A stretch of DNA of 64,000 nt from Eledone cirrhosa (Eukaryota), in contig OZ024740.1 of assembly GCA_964016885.1 (NCBI GenBank), positions 37,448,001-37,512,000 on the forward strand. Reading direction: 5' to 3'. This document shows, piece by piece, positions 26,192 to 39,409 of this stretch. The position numbers and the translations under genes are program-made. Numbering within the stretch: the first letter of the stretch is position 1; each line of letters starts with the position of its first letter. The notes beneath the pieces were generated by a model. It was not told the origin of the DNA, ran no database searches, and saw only the letters and a program-made list of their open reading frames with translations.

Positions 26192-26450
26192 TCATCATCA
26201 TCATTTTACGTCCGCTTTTCCCTGCTTGCAAGGGTGGGACGGGAACTGATTCTGGCTTGATTTCTACAGCTGGATGCCCTTCCAAACACCAACCTCATTT
26301 ACAGTGAGTGCTGGGTGCTTTTTTGCCGTGGCACCTCCACGACCACTTTGCAGTGGAATGATATGGACCCCAGTCCCTGTCATCTCATTTTTACAGCTGA
26401 GTAAACTGGAGCAATGTGAAATAAAGTGTCTTGCTCAAGGAAACAACACA
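26192..26450 (-). mobile_element. SINE family 1, head truncated
   Basis: Matches the consensus. Ends about 70 bp upstream of the exon 4 acceptor. Confidence 0.88.
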
Positions 26451-26523
26451 AATAAAAAATTATTCATATTTTTTTTTAAATTCTCAAAAAACTTTAATTT
26501 TGAATTGTATATCATTACTACAG

Positions 26524-26816
26524 GTTTATTATCACATGACCAGTGTAAAGCTCGTGATATAAGACGCAAAGCCAAACAGAAACTCCACAAAAAGAATGTG
26601 CCAACTCAGAATGAAGAGAAGGTAGTTGATTCTGTAATTGATAAAACCCCTCCAGATGAAGCTGACCATTATTGTCATCGTCCATCAATTAATATCAAAA
26701 GCAAAAACCCTTTGGACTATTTATCTGAAGAGAAACAAATTCTCATTAAAAAATTAGTATTTTATCAAGAAAAATATGAGTACCCTGAGGAGAGTTGTAT
26801 TAACAGTATTGATGAG
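26524..26816 (+). CDS. EcR: EcR-like exon: hinge and LBD helix 1
   Basis: cag acceptor, phase 1. CLLSHDQCKARDIRRKAKQK...LSEEKQILIKKLVFYQEKYEYPEE matches the EcR T-box and the 'LI..LV.YQ..YE.P' helix 1. gtaagt donor, phase 0. Confidence 0.92.
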
Positions 26817-28309
26817 GTAAGTGTATTATGTATATTTTTTTACTAGCCTCAGTCATTAAACTGTGGCCATGCTGTGGTACCACCTTTGTAGATTTAGTCA
26901 ACCATATCAGCTTCAGTATTTATTTCAGTCTGGCATTGGTTTTATCAATCTCAATTTATCGAACCAGTAAATTACAAGACGTGAAGAGACATAACATTAA
27001 TGTCACTGGTTTTTAGACCAGTGTAAACACACACACACATGTGCACGCACTCACACATTTTTTTTCTTCCTTAATGTTTTTATAAGGAAGGTGTCTGCCG
27101 AGTTTTTATGGCTCCACATTGTTGTGAAGCAAACTTCATAACTACCCAGTAATCAATAACTGAACCTTCAATACTTCTCAAATGTAAATATTTATTAGCA
27201 GATAGATAATGATTAAGCTAAATATTTTGTGAAAAATGTAATGTCTTTTATTTGAGGAATTAACCTATAATATTCTAGCTACTTTCAAAGAGTTAATATG
27301 TATATTGATGTAAGATTAACATCAAACTAGATAGGCTTATAGAAACTATGTCAAGATGAGGATTTGCCTTAATTACTAGTTGATATGTTTTCAGATTTTT
27401 TGCAGATTACTCCATTTAATATGGTCAACTATATAAATCAATAAATGTGTTATCTAATATAAAGCATCTGTTGGTAATAATTGACTTAACTAATATAAAT
27501 TATGTTAAAACATCTGTTAGCAATAATTTTGCTTTTTAAAATGTGTGAATAGCTTAAGACTTCAATAAAGCAAAATAACATTGTATTTCTGTATAAAATA
27601 TTTATCAAATTAGATCTAGTTACTATTTTTATTAGGTAAATTTCAAAATCTTTTGTCGAAGCTAACAATTAAAAAATATGTTTAACAAAGTTTTGTAAGT
27701 GGAAAAGTAGTTTTGTTTTTAATAATATGCATTAGGAAGGACATCCAGCTATAGAAAACCAAGCCCAAAACAGAACATATTATCGATACATGGTCACCTA
27801 ACGTATCAGGACAGATAACAGGGCTATTGCCAGTCTTTGTTGTCATGTTAGATGGAAACTGCAATATATTTTTTTAATGTTCCTCTCTACCTAAAACTCT
27901 TATGCATCCCTTGTTACCCCACACGAATGGGTAACAAGGGACCATACTGTAGTTTTAGGTGATCTTATTCACATTAGTCACCAATTTACTTGTTTTCTCA
28001 GACCAGCTAAGACAAGGATTTTTTTTAGAGGCAATCTTTACTCGCCTCCTTGTAGCTACATTGCTGGGTTGTAAGACTTTTCCTGAGAGCTAACAATGTC
28101 ACCCATTACTCCATCTCCCTTAGTAGCTTACCACTGTCCAGGATTTCTTATTCATCTGGCAGTACCCCACTTATATCAAAACTAACCATCATATCTGGCG
28201 GCGGTATCACTATCCACCACCTGTGACCCATTCTCTAGCTGAACATCTCTGCCAAAAACCATTCAATGTGGTTATCAGACTCCACCAAGGGTATGTACTG
28301 TCACTTTTT

Positions 28310-28690
28310 CTGTTCATAATCTTCACAAACAGGATTGACATGTGCAGCTGAGTTGGAAGTGATATCAAAACCAGCAGGTGTAGGATTAATCAGCTGATAT
28401 TTCCAAACAACATAGTACTACTTAACTCATCAAAAGGTGATCTCCAACATGCATTTGATAGGTTTGCTGCTGAGTGCGGCTTGGCAGGAATGAAAATCAA
28501 TGCAGTGAAAACTGAGACACTCGTCCTCTCAAGGAAGCCTTTGCAGTGCACTCTACATGTGAATGGAGTTCCACAAAAGCAGGTGGAGAAGTTCAAGTAT
28601 CATGAGTGATGGAAGGAAGGATACTCAATTCAGTGCAAAAACTGCAGGAGCTGGTGCAATAACATGCCAGCTTCAGCATTTAGTCATCAT
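28310..28690 (+). mobile_element. Old RTE-like RT fragment
   Basis: DLQHAFDRFAAECGLAGMKINAVKTETLVLSRKP...QVEKFKY when translated on +. Confidence 0.6.
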
Positions 28691-30004
28691 CATCAGAAAA
28701 AAAAACCAAACTTGTTATATTCAATTCAGTGTTCATGCTTACCTTTACCTTTAGTAATGACTGAAAGAATACAATTGGTTTCTTTCAAGGGGCCTTTGGA
28801 ATAACATTATTATATAGTAGCATAATCTGCTAAATATAGCAGTCAATTTTCCTCTACAAAATATCTTACCAAAGTAGTCAAATGTTTTACTACCTATATC
28901 TTAGGAAAATATTCCTACTGCTTTAAACACTGATCAAATATTTTAAACATTCAGATATCACAACCAGACTGTAGGTCTGCACAAGGAGAGTTAATAGAAA
29001 CTAAACAGCAATGTCAATAAATTGATTTTTTTCCACTTGAATAAGTATGGTCTTCACAAAATTTCTAAATATGGAAACTTGATTTACATACTTCCGGCTT
29101 ATTTCCTTTGAAGACTTTTACAAAGAGTTACTAAAAAATACCAAATGTGGAAAATTAAAATCCCCAAATGCCAACATGACAATGACAATGACAAACATCA
29201 AAATATTAGGAGCAAGTGACTTTGTTAATAAGCAATGGAAACAAAAGAGTATGTAATTTGAGTACACAAAAGGAAGGGTATAATATATTTAGCTGATTGA
29301 CTGACGTCCTGAACTTTAGATCTTTTAGATCAGAGTTCTGATTAAAGAGCATGATGTTTCAATGTGATGCTTGCATACTGTTAATTATGACTTCCTAGAC
29401 AATATAAATAGTTTCAGATAATTAAATGACATAACAAATGCTGGGGTAAGGGCAGATCAAGTTCTTTTGAAGCCCTAAGCATTAAAAACAATTATGGTGG
29501 CCCAATTAATTTGTGAGAAATAACAAATACATTTAACTTGAACAATATGATGCTCCATTTTTCTTTTTTGCCCTTAGCAACTGTTTAATTGGTTTAATTG
29601 TTAATCTAGCCCTTGCTAGGGGTAGTTCTAATGAAGATATTGTATTATTTAGTTAGTTTCATGAAATGGGGTAGAGGAGGCATGCCTATAACCTTTGTAG
29701 ATCCTTTCTGATTGATGTATTTGATGTGCAGCTTAATCTTCAGATAGATGCAGTTGATGTGCAGCTTAAACAATCTGTAGTCATGAATGGGATTCTTGGT
29801 AGAGTTTAGTTCACACTAGTATAAATTCAAACGGATGTTACCTTTTCTTGTAAAAGAAAGCTGAAAATCTGCAAAGGCTGGAGAAAAATGAGTTGGATAT
29901 GCAACATTAGCAGCATATAAAAAATAGCTCTACTAGGCACTGCACACATATTACGAAGAGTACATTAGCTAATAAAGCATCTAAGTATTAAGCATTAGTC
30001 ATGT

Positions 30005-30300
30005 GTTTGTTGAAGTAACATCTGCGCTTGTATTAATATATACTGCAATTGTGTTGGATGAAAACTAGCACAAGTTGACAGTTTAGAACACCAGCTTTGT
30101 TGGTTGTTGAAGTGACATCTGAACTGGTATTAATATATACTACAAGTATAATGATTGTTGGATATAAAACTACCACAAGTTGACAGTATAAAACACTAAC
30201 TCCAGTATTTGTTGGAGTGACATCTGAGCTAGTATTAATATATACTGCAAGTATATTAATTGTGTTGGATGGAAACTACCACAAGTTGACTGTTGAAAAC
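30005..30300. repeat. About 100-bp tandem repeat x3
   Basis: gttgaagtgacatctg...gtattaatatatactgcaa...ccacaagttgac recurs three times. Confidence 0.8.
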
Positions 30301-30491
30301 ATCTACCTCAGAGTGAGGTATGAGAGGAAATTGTGAGATTCAGTACCACTGATGAGGAGTTGATATGGTTGTTACCATGACTTTTCCTCAAACAACCTTT
30401 TCAATGAACAACTTTCCATCAAATGACCTTTCATTCAATAACTTTTTATGGAAACAACTTTTCATCCAATGACTTCAAGTGCTAGGGCCAA

Positions 30492-30526
<35 letters not shown>

Positions 30527-30693
30527 TACATTACATTATGAGAAGAGTCATGGGAGACCATTCAAAAAGTTCAGAGATGAAGAGCTGAGTGAATGGCTAG
30601 CAATCTCTTCTCATAGAAAGACTGTTATGCTACAGGCATTGTCCAAGGGCAGTCAACTATGCAGCATAATATGAAGCAATATACTGATAATAA

Positions 30694-30865
30694 TGTGGAA
30701 ACTCAAAACTAGAATAATACTGTGGTTGTAGGTGCTTTAGGAATAATAGTAAAAGAGGTTGATCATTACATTTTTCAAATCCCAGGAAAACCAAAATTTG
30801 AAGAAATTCAGAAAATAGATTTCATGAAGACTACTCATATCCCATGAAAAATACTGTCTGTGTAA
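30694..30865 (+). mobile_element. R4/Dong-like restriction-like endonuclease LINE, C-terminal fragment
   Basis: WKLKT..VVVGALGII...QIPG.P..EIQK....HI..KILSV* (degenerate). Confidence 0.55.
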
Positions 30866-31165
30866 TTCCAAAACAATTTTGTTAACTGTCATACAATAAT
30901 TTTAGCACCAAACAACTACTTTTTAATAAACTTTCAATTTTCTGATGTTTTGACCAACATTTTCTAGAACAATACTTCTTACAAACCCAAGACGCATAAT
31001 TAAAACACAAATCCCTATCACCGAACTACATTCTTCTACAAAAAAACATAACAGTTATCAACCATCCTATTCATAATGTGCACTTGAACTTATAACTTGC
31101 TGTCTCTTGAGATCTCATACAAACACAAAGTAAAGTTCAAACATCATCACAATAATAATAATAAT

Positions 31166-31375
31166 AATCCCCACAGACAACAATATATCTACCAAGGAAA
31201 TGTATAAATTATCCAAATATAAAGATCTAGAGATAGAAATAACCCAAATGTAGATGATGAAAATAGAAACAATACCTATAATGATAGGTGCTTTCTGAAT
31301 GGTAAAAATACACCACACTGATACATAACCAAACACCCAGGACTCACAAATATATACAACATATAAAAAATATTC
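31166..31375 (+). mobile_element. R4/Dong-like LINE fragment abutting (AAT)n
   Basis: IPTDNNISTKEMYKLSKYKDLEIEITQM*MMKIETIPIMIGAF has the K..KY.DL..EI restriction-like endonuclease motif. Confidence 0.6.
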
Positions 31376-31538
31376 TAATAGGGATGTTGAGCTTGTTATT
31401 TTCTTAATACCAAAGAAATTGAGAATATCCAATTGAAAAGTCTTTTTCCTACTGAATGTACTGCTGTAATTTATAAAATGTATTACCAGTTTAAATGAAG
31501 AATTGAATAAATTAGAGATGGTGTGTATTATTTTACAG

Positions 31539-31703
31539 GAAACAAACATTTTGAACACAAAAAATAAAGATGAACTTCACAATAACATGCTGAAACAAAT
31601 GGCTCTAGTGTGTGTTGCAATGACAAAACTGGTTGTTGAATTTGCTAAGCGATTGCCAGGATTTGAAGAATTGCCCAAAGAAGATCAAATTGTTTTATTA
31701 AAG
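31539..31703 (+). CDS. EcR: EcR-like exon: LBD helices 3-4
   Basis: LVVEFAKRLPGFEELPKEDQIVLLK is the nuclear receptor signature. cag acceptor and gtaag donor, phases 0/0. Confidence 0.95.
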
Positions 31704-32052
31704 GTAAGATTGTTATTGTCAATCCTTAAGACATTATGGATTAATTTCTAACACCATTGAACATTAATTTGGGCTGGTGAAAATTTAACCTAATAATTTT
31801 ATATAACGAAAAAGAAAAATAAGGTTGGGTTGAGAGGACCTTTCTATCCTGTCAGAGTGCAACAACCTCTCTAGTTTTGGTGATCTATATGATAAATGCA
31901 CCCACTACATGCTGTAAAGTGGTTGGTGATACAAAGGGCATCCAGCTGTAGAAAGCTTGCCAAACAAAGGGTCAGGAGGACTCTTTGATTGTGTCAAACT
32001 CATGGCAACCTCTCTTGTGCACTCAATAGAATGTGAGACCGCAACATGCAGA

Positions 32053-32083
<31 letters not shown>

Positions 32084-32833
32084 TTGGCCTGTCTGAGAGG
32101 TCAGTAACCCCACTTCAGTTCTGACTTTGTCTATGTAGACCTGTCCAACCCTTCTTAGCAGGTTAAAGCAGTCATTAAACCATGATGAGGATTGAAGTGT
32201 GGATGAGAGAAGGAAGAATGAAAACATGTTTCAAATTTCCAATAAAGATATAATTAGAAGAAATATAGAAAATAGGAGATATGTTTTAAAATGTTCAAAC
32301 TATTTTTTATGTTAAGTGCTACACTGTTTCAATTGCTCAATTCAAAAAATGTTGTGAGATGCCATATTTCTATACAGCTAGGCTGGTGATTGAACTCCCC
32401 TGAGCTTTCCCAAATCATATGACAGGATGGTCATGGCTGGAATGGCATTGATCATAAGTCTATTCAATTGGGACTGATTGGCATTAAATAACAAGATGTG
32501 ATGACCATGCCTGGAGTGCCTTTAGTCATAAGTCTGCCCAATAAGGACTTGAATAACAACATACCATATATAAGCCAAGGAATATGTGACCAAAAACTCG
32601 ATGGTAAAAGGGGGTTGGCTTATATTTGGGGTCAATATTTTGACCTTTTTCACCAACTTCAAATTCTATGTAAATAAGGTTTAGATTTTTGCCCATTTCT
32701 CAGACATAAAATAATGGGGTCAGCTTATATTTGAGTATATATGGTAAATAAATTATTAATTCTAAAATACATCCCAACAAAATTATTTGTAGTTGAACAT
32801 CAAAGTAATTCATATATGTTATTCTACCAACAG

Positions 32834-33056
32834 GAAGCATCTAATGAAGTAACGACATTGAGAGCCTCCAGATGTTATGATTATAAAACAAAGACGATAG
32901 TTTTTATGACTGGAATTCCTGTGACTAAAGAGAATTTAAAAGCTCTCGGTATCAGCAATTATGCAGAAGTTGCTTTTACTTTCTTCCAAAGTTTGGTAAA
33001 CCTATGCGTGGACAATGCTGAATACGCTCTTCTCACAGCTATCTGCATTTTTTCAG
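32834..33056 (+). CDS. EcR: EcR-like exon: LBD helices 5-8
   Basis: EASNEVTTLRASRCYD...VDNAEYALLTAICIFS (EcR-type 'VDNAEYALLTAIVIFS'). cag acceptor and gtgag donor, phases 0/1. Confidence 0.95.
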
Positions 33057-34678
33057 GTGAGATGTCAAATTCATCATCATCATCATTGTCGTCTTCTTTT
33101 CCTCCTCCATATTCCTGGTAGGATCGTAGCAGCAGAGGCCTCAGACATGCTTTCCAGTGTGTTTTGTCAGAAGCAACCATCTCTAAATGACCCAGCTAGA
33201 TCCCAAACAAGACAACTGAGCTTATGGATGTTATCCAACCATCTTGCTCATGGTTAGTCTCTGGGTCTCCTGCCATTTGGCTTTGCCCATAAAGTCTGTC
33301 CAATGATTCTTTCTTTAGATGTTCTAACCACATGTCTGTAGTACCAGAGCTGTGATCTCTCAATTTGAAGAAGTAGTAGCTCTATCTGGAGTAACTCTGA
33401 TTTCTGAGCTACACACTCTATTGAGTAAAATTATTTCAAAAACCCTTTGGAGGAACCCCATTTTGGTTGCTAAATTTCTTTATAACAATACTAATTTTTT
33501 CTGGTCAAATTTTACAAAATAAAAGCAGATGATTTTTGCTGATTCATAGAATATTAGATATTGTATTGAGAGAAACAAAAGCTAAATAAAGATTGTTTTG
33601 TTCCTTTTCAACATAAAGACAAATAGAAAACCATAGTGTTCATCATGAATGCAAAATACCATATCAAAAGACTGAATTCTATAGATATATAAGCATTATT
33701 CAAAACTACACAAGACAATAAGTTAAATATTGTAGGTGTTGTTTGTTGCAGATCAATCCTGCATTCAAAACTACACAAGACATTTTTTAAATGTTACAAA
33801 TGTGTACATTATGTAACTAGTGCTTTAACTTTTGAAAGGAAGCATAAATTACACCAACACAAATATTTTCTTGGTTCTTTTATTGAAAGAAAAGCAATGT
33901 TATAACAAAAGCTGTTTCTATTTTAATCCCAACATGACTAGATTATATCAACACAAGTATAGTTTCTGTTTTTCCTACCTCTTTTCCCTTCAAAATGAAT
34001 TAATAAGTGAACTTATAACTTTATAGAAGTATGTAAATACTCCCATAACCCTTATGATACAGAGCTGTTTATTTTAAAGTGTTTATGTTTATCTAAAAAC
34101 CTTGCATTGTAAGTGTATGTAAAAATATTTGTTACGTTGTGCTCCAAACACCAGCTCTAAATAATGAGAAAAATAAGTTATATTACTAAATTCCTCTAAA
34201 TTCATGATTGTTTTCAAAATGATGGTGATAGGAAGAGCACTCGACTGTAGAAACCATGCCAAATAAGAGTCAAGAGGACTCTTCAATTGTGTTGAGGGAA
34301 TGACAACTTCTCTAGTGTTGGTGACATGTTAAAGCACACCGAGAGCCAGGGACAGTGGTGTTGGTGGTGGTAATGGTGATCGTTTAGTCTGTTAGAAATA
34401 GCAACCAAATCTCCCTCAAATTGCACTCTATCTTCTTTAAAAAATGGAAGTAGTCAATGTAATACTGGAGACACAGTGGCTAAATTTGAAAAAATAACAG
34501 AATAGTAACAGCTGTTATACCTTTCTTTATAGATGCTTGATCAGGATTGATCTGCAACAAGCAACACCTACAATATTTAACTTATTTCATAAAAAGTTTC
34601 TGTTTGTTTTTCTGTAAATGTTTGAATCAGTTTTACATGTTATATATTTATTGATTTCTTCTTTTCTTTATCTCCTAG

Positions 34679-34917
34679 ATCGTCCAGGATTAAAAAATCC
34701 CAAAATGGTGGAAAAATTCCAAGAAACATTTGTAAATGCACTTTATGATTATGAATTTCATAAGCGTTGTCATGGGGGCTGTTCTTTTGCTGTTTTGCTT
34801 TCTCGAATTACGGAACTACGTACCATAAGTTTAAAGCATTCTGAGGATCTTCTAGAGCTTGAAATGGACAGAATGTTTATTCCTGATTTAGTAAAAGAAT
34901 TTTTTGGAATTGTCTGA
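34679..34917 (+). CDS. EcR: EcR-like last coding exon: LBD helices 9-12 (AF-2)
   Basis: tag acceptor. DRPGLKNPKMVEKFQE...FAVLLSRITELRTISLKHSE...IPDLVKEFFGIV*. Followed by an AT-rich 3' UTR-like region with several AATAAA. Confidence 0.94.
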
Positions 34918-36591
34918 AAAAAAAATATACTATTACAAAATTTATTGAGCTGTTTCTTGTGATCAGAAAAAAATTTAATTTCCCAAACACTGAAGAGCAC
35001 AAGCTCATCATTGAAAATAAATACATAAATATTATGGTGATTGGAAAATAGAAAAAGAAAGAAATGGAATGAGGAAAACATACTACAGACTCAATATTTC
35101 TAAGCCTAACAGCTGAAACAAACACAAATCTAACATATTTTTTTTTTCTTTTTCATTGATGTGTATACAAAAGCATGTGAGTATGTAGATGTGTGTAAGT
35201 ACGTGAAGTTTGTTAATTGTACATAGATCATTAAACTGTTGTACAGTTCTTCACACTATCATAATTCAGTTGATGATCGTTAACGTTTTGCCAACGAAGT
35301 TTGGCAAGTTATTAATCATTTAATGTAAATTGTTTTTTGGGGAGGTGGGGTGGGAATAAACGAATGTTAGAAATATTGTTTAATTAATCCCTGCGATATA
35401 ATATTGAAAATTTCTGTGAAAACATGGGGTGGGATAAAATGTTTAAAAAACATGAAACGTTAAGTATAAATGACTGTACATACTGTTCATAAGCTTAAAT
35501 ATATTGTAAGTAATCACTTTATCTTGGGTTCTTATCGACTGATGAAAATACATTTGCTCAAATATATGGGAAATATAATGGATTACAGTAAACCAAATTA
35601 TATAATAATTTGGTTTATTGTAAACCAAGTTATATAATAATTTGGTTTATAGTAAATCAAATTATATAATAATTTGTTGTACACTAAAGCATGGTTTGAT
35701 TTCAGGAAATACGAGGTTGAAGTCTTCTCTCTTTTCTTTTTCTTTTGAAATTTCTTTTTATTCTTTATCAAAGATAAAAACAAGTGCATGTGTTCCCTGT
35801 TTTTAAAGAAATAGTCCTATTAAAGAGAAGAAGCAAGCCATTTGAAATAATATTTTGATTTTTTTTTTTCTTCAAATTTTAATCTTCAATCTTTATGAGA
35901 GAGAAAAAAAACACAAAAGTACAAAGTGACTCGAAAGAAAGAAAGTTTTCTGCTGAGGACATAAAATCTTTTTTTTTTTCATTTATAACTAACATATAAG
36001 TTTTATGAAAGTTTCAAATATAAAATGAATAAGTTATCTGAACTCTTGTTTCATAACGAATCTATCAGTAGAGCATTCCAGAAAATATTTTTTTAATTAG
36101 AAAAATACTTAACATAAAAAATGTTAACATTAAAAAGAAATATGTAAATACTTTTACCCTTGATTAAGTGACTTCCATTCCATTGAAACAAAAAAAAAAA
36201 ACACCTAACTTATAACCTTATGTTTTATTCAAATGTTCAACCGGTGAACAAATTGTAAAAGCAGGATTTTTTATGACATAAAATACTACAAAAAAAGTTT
36301 AACATTTTAACTGTTAAATATTCTTTGCAAAAAAAAAAAAAAATGTATTCCAGTATTAGTGGAACTGGTTGAAGTCCCAATTTTTCAACCCTAATTGTGT
36401 TCTTCAAGCTTTTATTTGATCCTTATGGTTATGTCTTAAATGTTACAATAAGAGCTCTTGGTTGTATATTTTAAAAATATTTTGACATTATTACATAAAC
36501 CAATTGTAAAGGTGCAATATAGTTCAAAGTCTATTTAATTTTTTTCTCTTTTTTTAAGAATTATTATTATTAATATTATTATTACCATTAA

Positions 36592-36805
36592 AGGCGGTAG
36601 ATTGGCAGAATTATAAGAACATATGACAAAATGCTTTGCTGCATTTGTTTCATCTCATTGTGTTCTGAGTTCAAATCCTGCCATGGTCAACTTTACCTTT
36701 CATCCTTCCAGGATCGATAAAATAAAGTACCAGTCAAATACTGGTGTCGATTTAATTGACTTTCCTGAACCCATCTAATTGCTGGCCATGTGCCTCAATT
36801 AGAAA
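36592..36805 (+). mobile_element. SINE family 2
   Basis: ggcggtagattggcag head and ctttcatccttccaggatcgataaaataaagtaccag. Confidence 0.8.
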
Positions 36806-37121
36806 CTTTTTTTTTTTTTTTTTTTTTAAGCCTGTGATGAAATGTTTGAAATCAAATACTTAAGATATCATTTGAAACACAAGTAGTAAGTGTAGCATCA
36901 AATCAATAAATTAAAAATAAAAAGTTGTTGGTAGTTACAGTGTAAAATTGTAAGAATGCTTCCTGGAGCGAAACTGCTGATCACAATATACATACTTTAG
37001 GTTAAAGATTATCAAATTTAATACAAAACAAATGAATGTATGAAGCTTAACAATTATAGAACTAAATTAATAATGTTTTTCAAAATAAATTAAAACCATA
37101 ATTTCTTATCTCTGTAGATAA

Positions 37122-37363
37122 GTTGGTAAATATTTTCAAACTATTTACACCGGTATTTTGTTGATAAATATTTTCAAACTGCTTACACTGGTGTTTTGTT
37201 GGTAAATATTTTAAATATTTTCAAATTACTCACACCAGTGTCTTGTTGGTAAATATTTTCAAACTACTCACACCAGTGTTTTGTTGGTAAATATTTCCAA
37301 ACTATTTACACCAGTGTCTTGTTGGTAAATATTTTCAAACTATTTACACCAGTGTCTTGTTGG
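37122..37363. repeat. 38-bp minisatellite
   Basis: About 6 units of ttggtaaatattttcaaactatttacaccagtgtcttg. Confidence 0.9.
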
Positions 37364-38196
37364 TCTTTTATTTTTGACAGCTTAAAAACTTTGAAAAATG
37401 TTTTTTTTTTTCTGGCTTTTCTTATCATAAATATATTTTAGGCTATAAATTCAAGTCATTGTTTTGTTTCAAAATATAATTCTCACTTGTTAACTTTTAT
37501 ATACACCCTGAAATTATATATTAATCATCATTGTAATTACACCTAATATTTTAGTGTTAAAATGACAATGATGATATATTTCTGCAAAAACATTTTTACA
37601 GTTTTAGGTGTGCGTATATATATATATATTGGGTCGTCAATTGTGAAATTTGTAGAAAAAAACAAAGTTTCATATGCCTCACTACAAATTTCATACTTGA
37701 CGACCCAATATATAAATAAATGTGTAGAGGGTTATCGATGTATGTATACATGCACATACACAGAGAGACATAGATATGTCTGTATATTTACATATATTTG
37801 GAATTGGGTGGATAAGTACACAAGAATGATTAATGGGTTGCCAAAAGTAAATAATATATGACAGAAGTATAAATATGATCAAACATGCCAATATTGATAC
37901 ATGGTTACTAACATTATGACAAGTAAAAAAAATATTGAAGAAGTGTTAAGATGAGAGTGTTTATATAAGTGTATGTGTGTGTGCTTGTGCCATATAAATG
38001 AATATGTTTATGTGTGTATTAATGAATATATATATATATATATGTGTGTGTGTATTAATTAAATGATGATGATGACTGTTACTTAAAAGATTTTGTTCTT
38101 AATTTTTAATTTCAAGAACACATTTTAAGTTATATATATAAAGACCGAAGCTATATCCGTTCTATTTGATTTGCTATATATATATATATATATATC

Positions 38197-38392
38197 AGAA
38201 TGGAGGTGGTAAAAACCAGTTAGACCATTACTCACTGGAGTACTCGATACATGGGGTAGTAGAGTGGTTTATATGAAAAAATTCAGGACCCCAACGGCTG
38301 AGCTCCGGCCGTTTCAACAGCTAGATCCGAACTATTTGGATTTAGCTGTTGAAACAGCCGGAGCTCAGCCGCCGGGGTCCTGAATTTTTTCA
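38197..38392 (-). mobile_element. Short TA-embedded element with hammerhead 3' half and inverted duplication
   Basis: Palindrome at 38274-38392. Family members at 46571, 56250, 57008, 57908 and 63170. Confidence 0.75.
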
Positions 38393-39409
38393 ATTATATA
38401 TATACTTTTATTCTTTTACTTGTTTGTCATTAGACACCAGCCATTCTATGGATTTAGTTCATCATATTGACCCCAGTACTTATTTTCAGAAGCCTGTTGC
38501 TTATTTACCAATCTTGTTTTGTCAAACTGCTAAATTCAAGTAACCATGAACACATGTGTGCACACTTTATATATATATATATATACATATATAAAATATA
38601 TACATACATACAACAGCCGTCACCATAGTTCCTTTCTGCTTTCATAAAGAATTGATCAACCCAAAGAAATGTCCAAAGTGCCATACAGTAGGACTGAACC
38701 CAAAACCATGTTTTCCAAGCGAATTCCTTAACCACATATGTATATGTGTGTGTGTACATACATCATTTAACATCTAGCAAGGGATAGGCATGATGTCACA
38801 GACTAAGTCAGTACTTAATCAAAGATACTGACTTCTCACATGTTCACACACTCTACATTTTATCACAGCACCAACACTGAGGAGATTGTTATGTCTATGA
38901 CACAGCTCAAGAGTCCTCTTGATGCATTGCTTGACAGGTTTTTTTATGGTTGGATGCCTTTCCTATCAGCAACCACTTTACAGAGTGTACTGCATGCATC
39001 TATTATGTAGATCGACACTAGGGAGGTTGTCATGCCCTTGACACAACTGAAAGGTCCTCTTATCCTATTTTTATCATGTTTTCTATAGCTTGAGTTTCTT
39101 CTTATCACCAACCACCTTATAGGATGCATTTTTCTTCAACCAGAACTAGTGTTTGTTATGCTATGGCTCAAACGTTTTTAGCATGGTTTCTATGACTGAA
39201 AGCCTTTCTAACACCAACCTTCTTGCAGAATATATTGAGTTTATTTTACTGTGACACAAGTACTAAAGAGTTTATCAGTCAAAGACACAACTGAAGAATT
39301 CTGTTCAAGTTGGGGTGTGGAGTAGAATGCAGACCAAGGGCAATGGGTGGGAGGAGTGAGTACATATATATATATACAGTGGTATGTAGGGGCCTATCGT
39401 GTTGCCCCG

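Noticed and set aside
26274-26523. N-terminal part of the 190-aa ORF
   Set aside because: Antisense SINE plus intron read-through. The exon starts at the cag acceptor (26524).
32562-32746. Tc1/mariner-like MITE (and hAT-like end at about 6267)
   Set aside because: The termini are too short or degenerate to support from the sequence alone.
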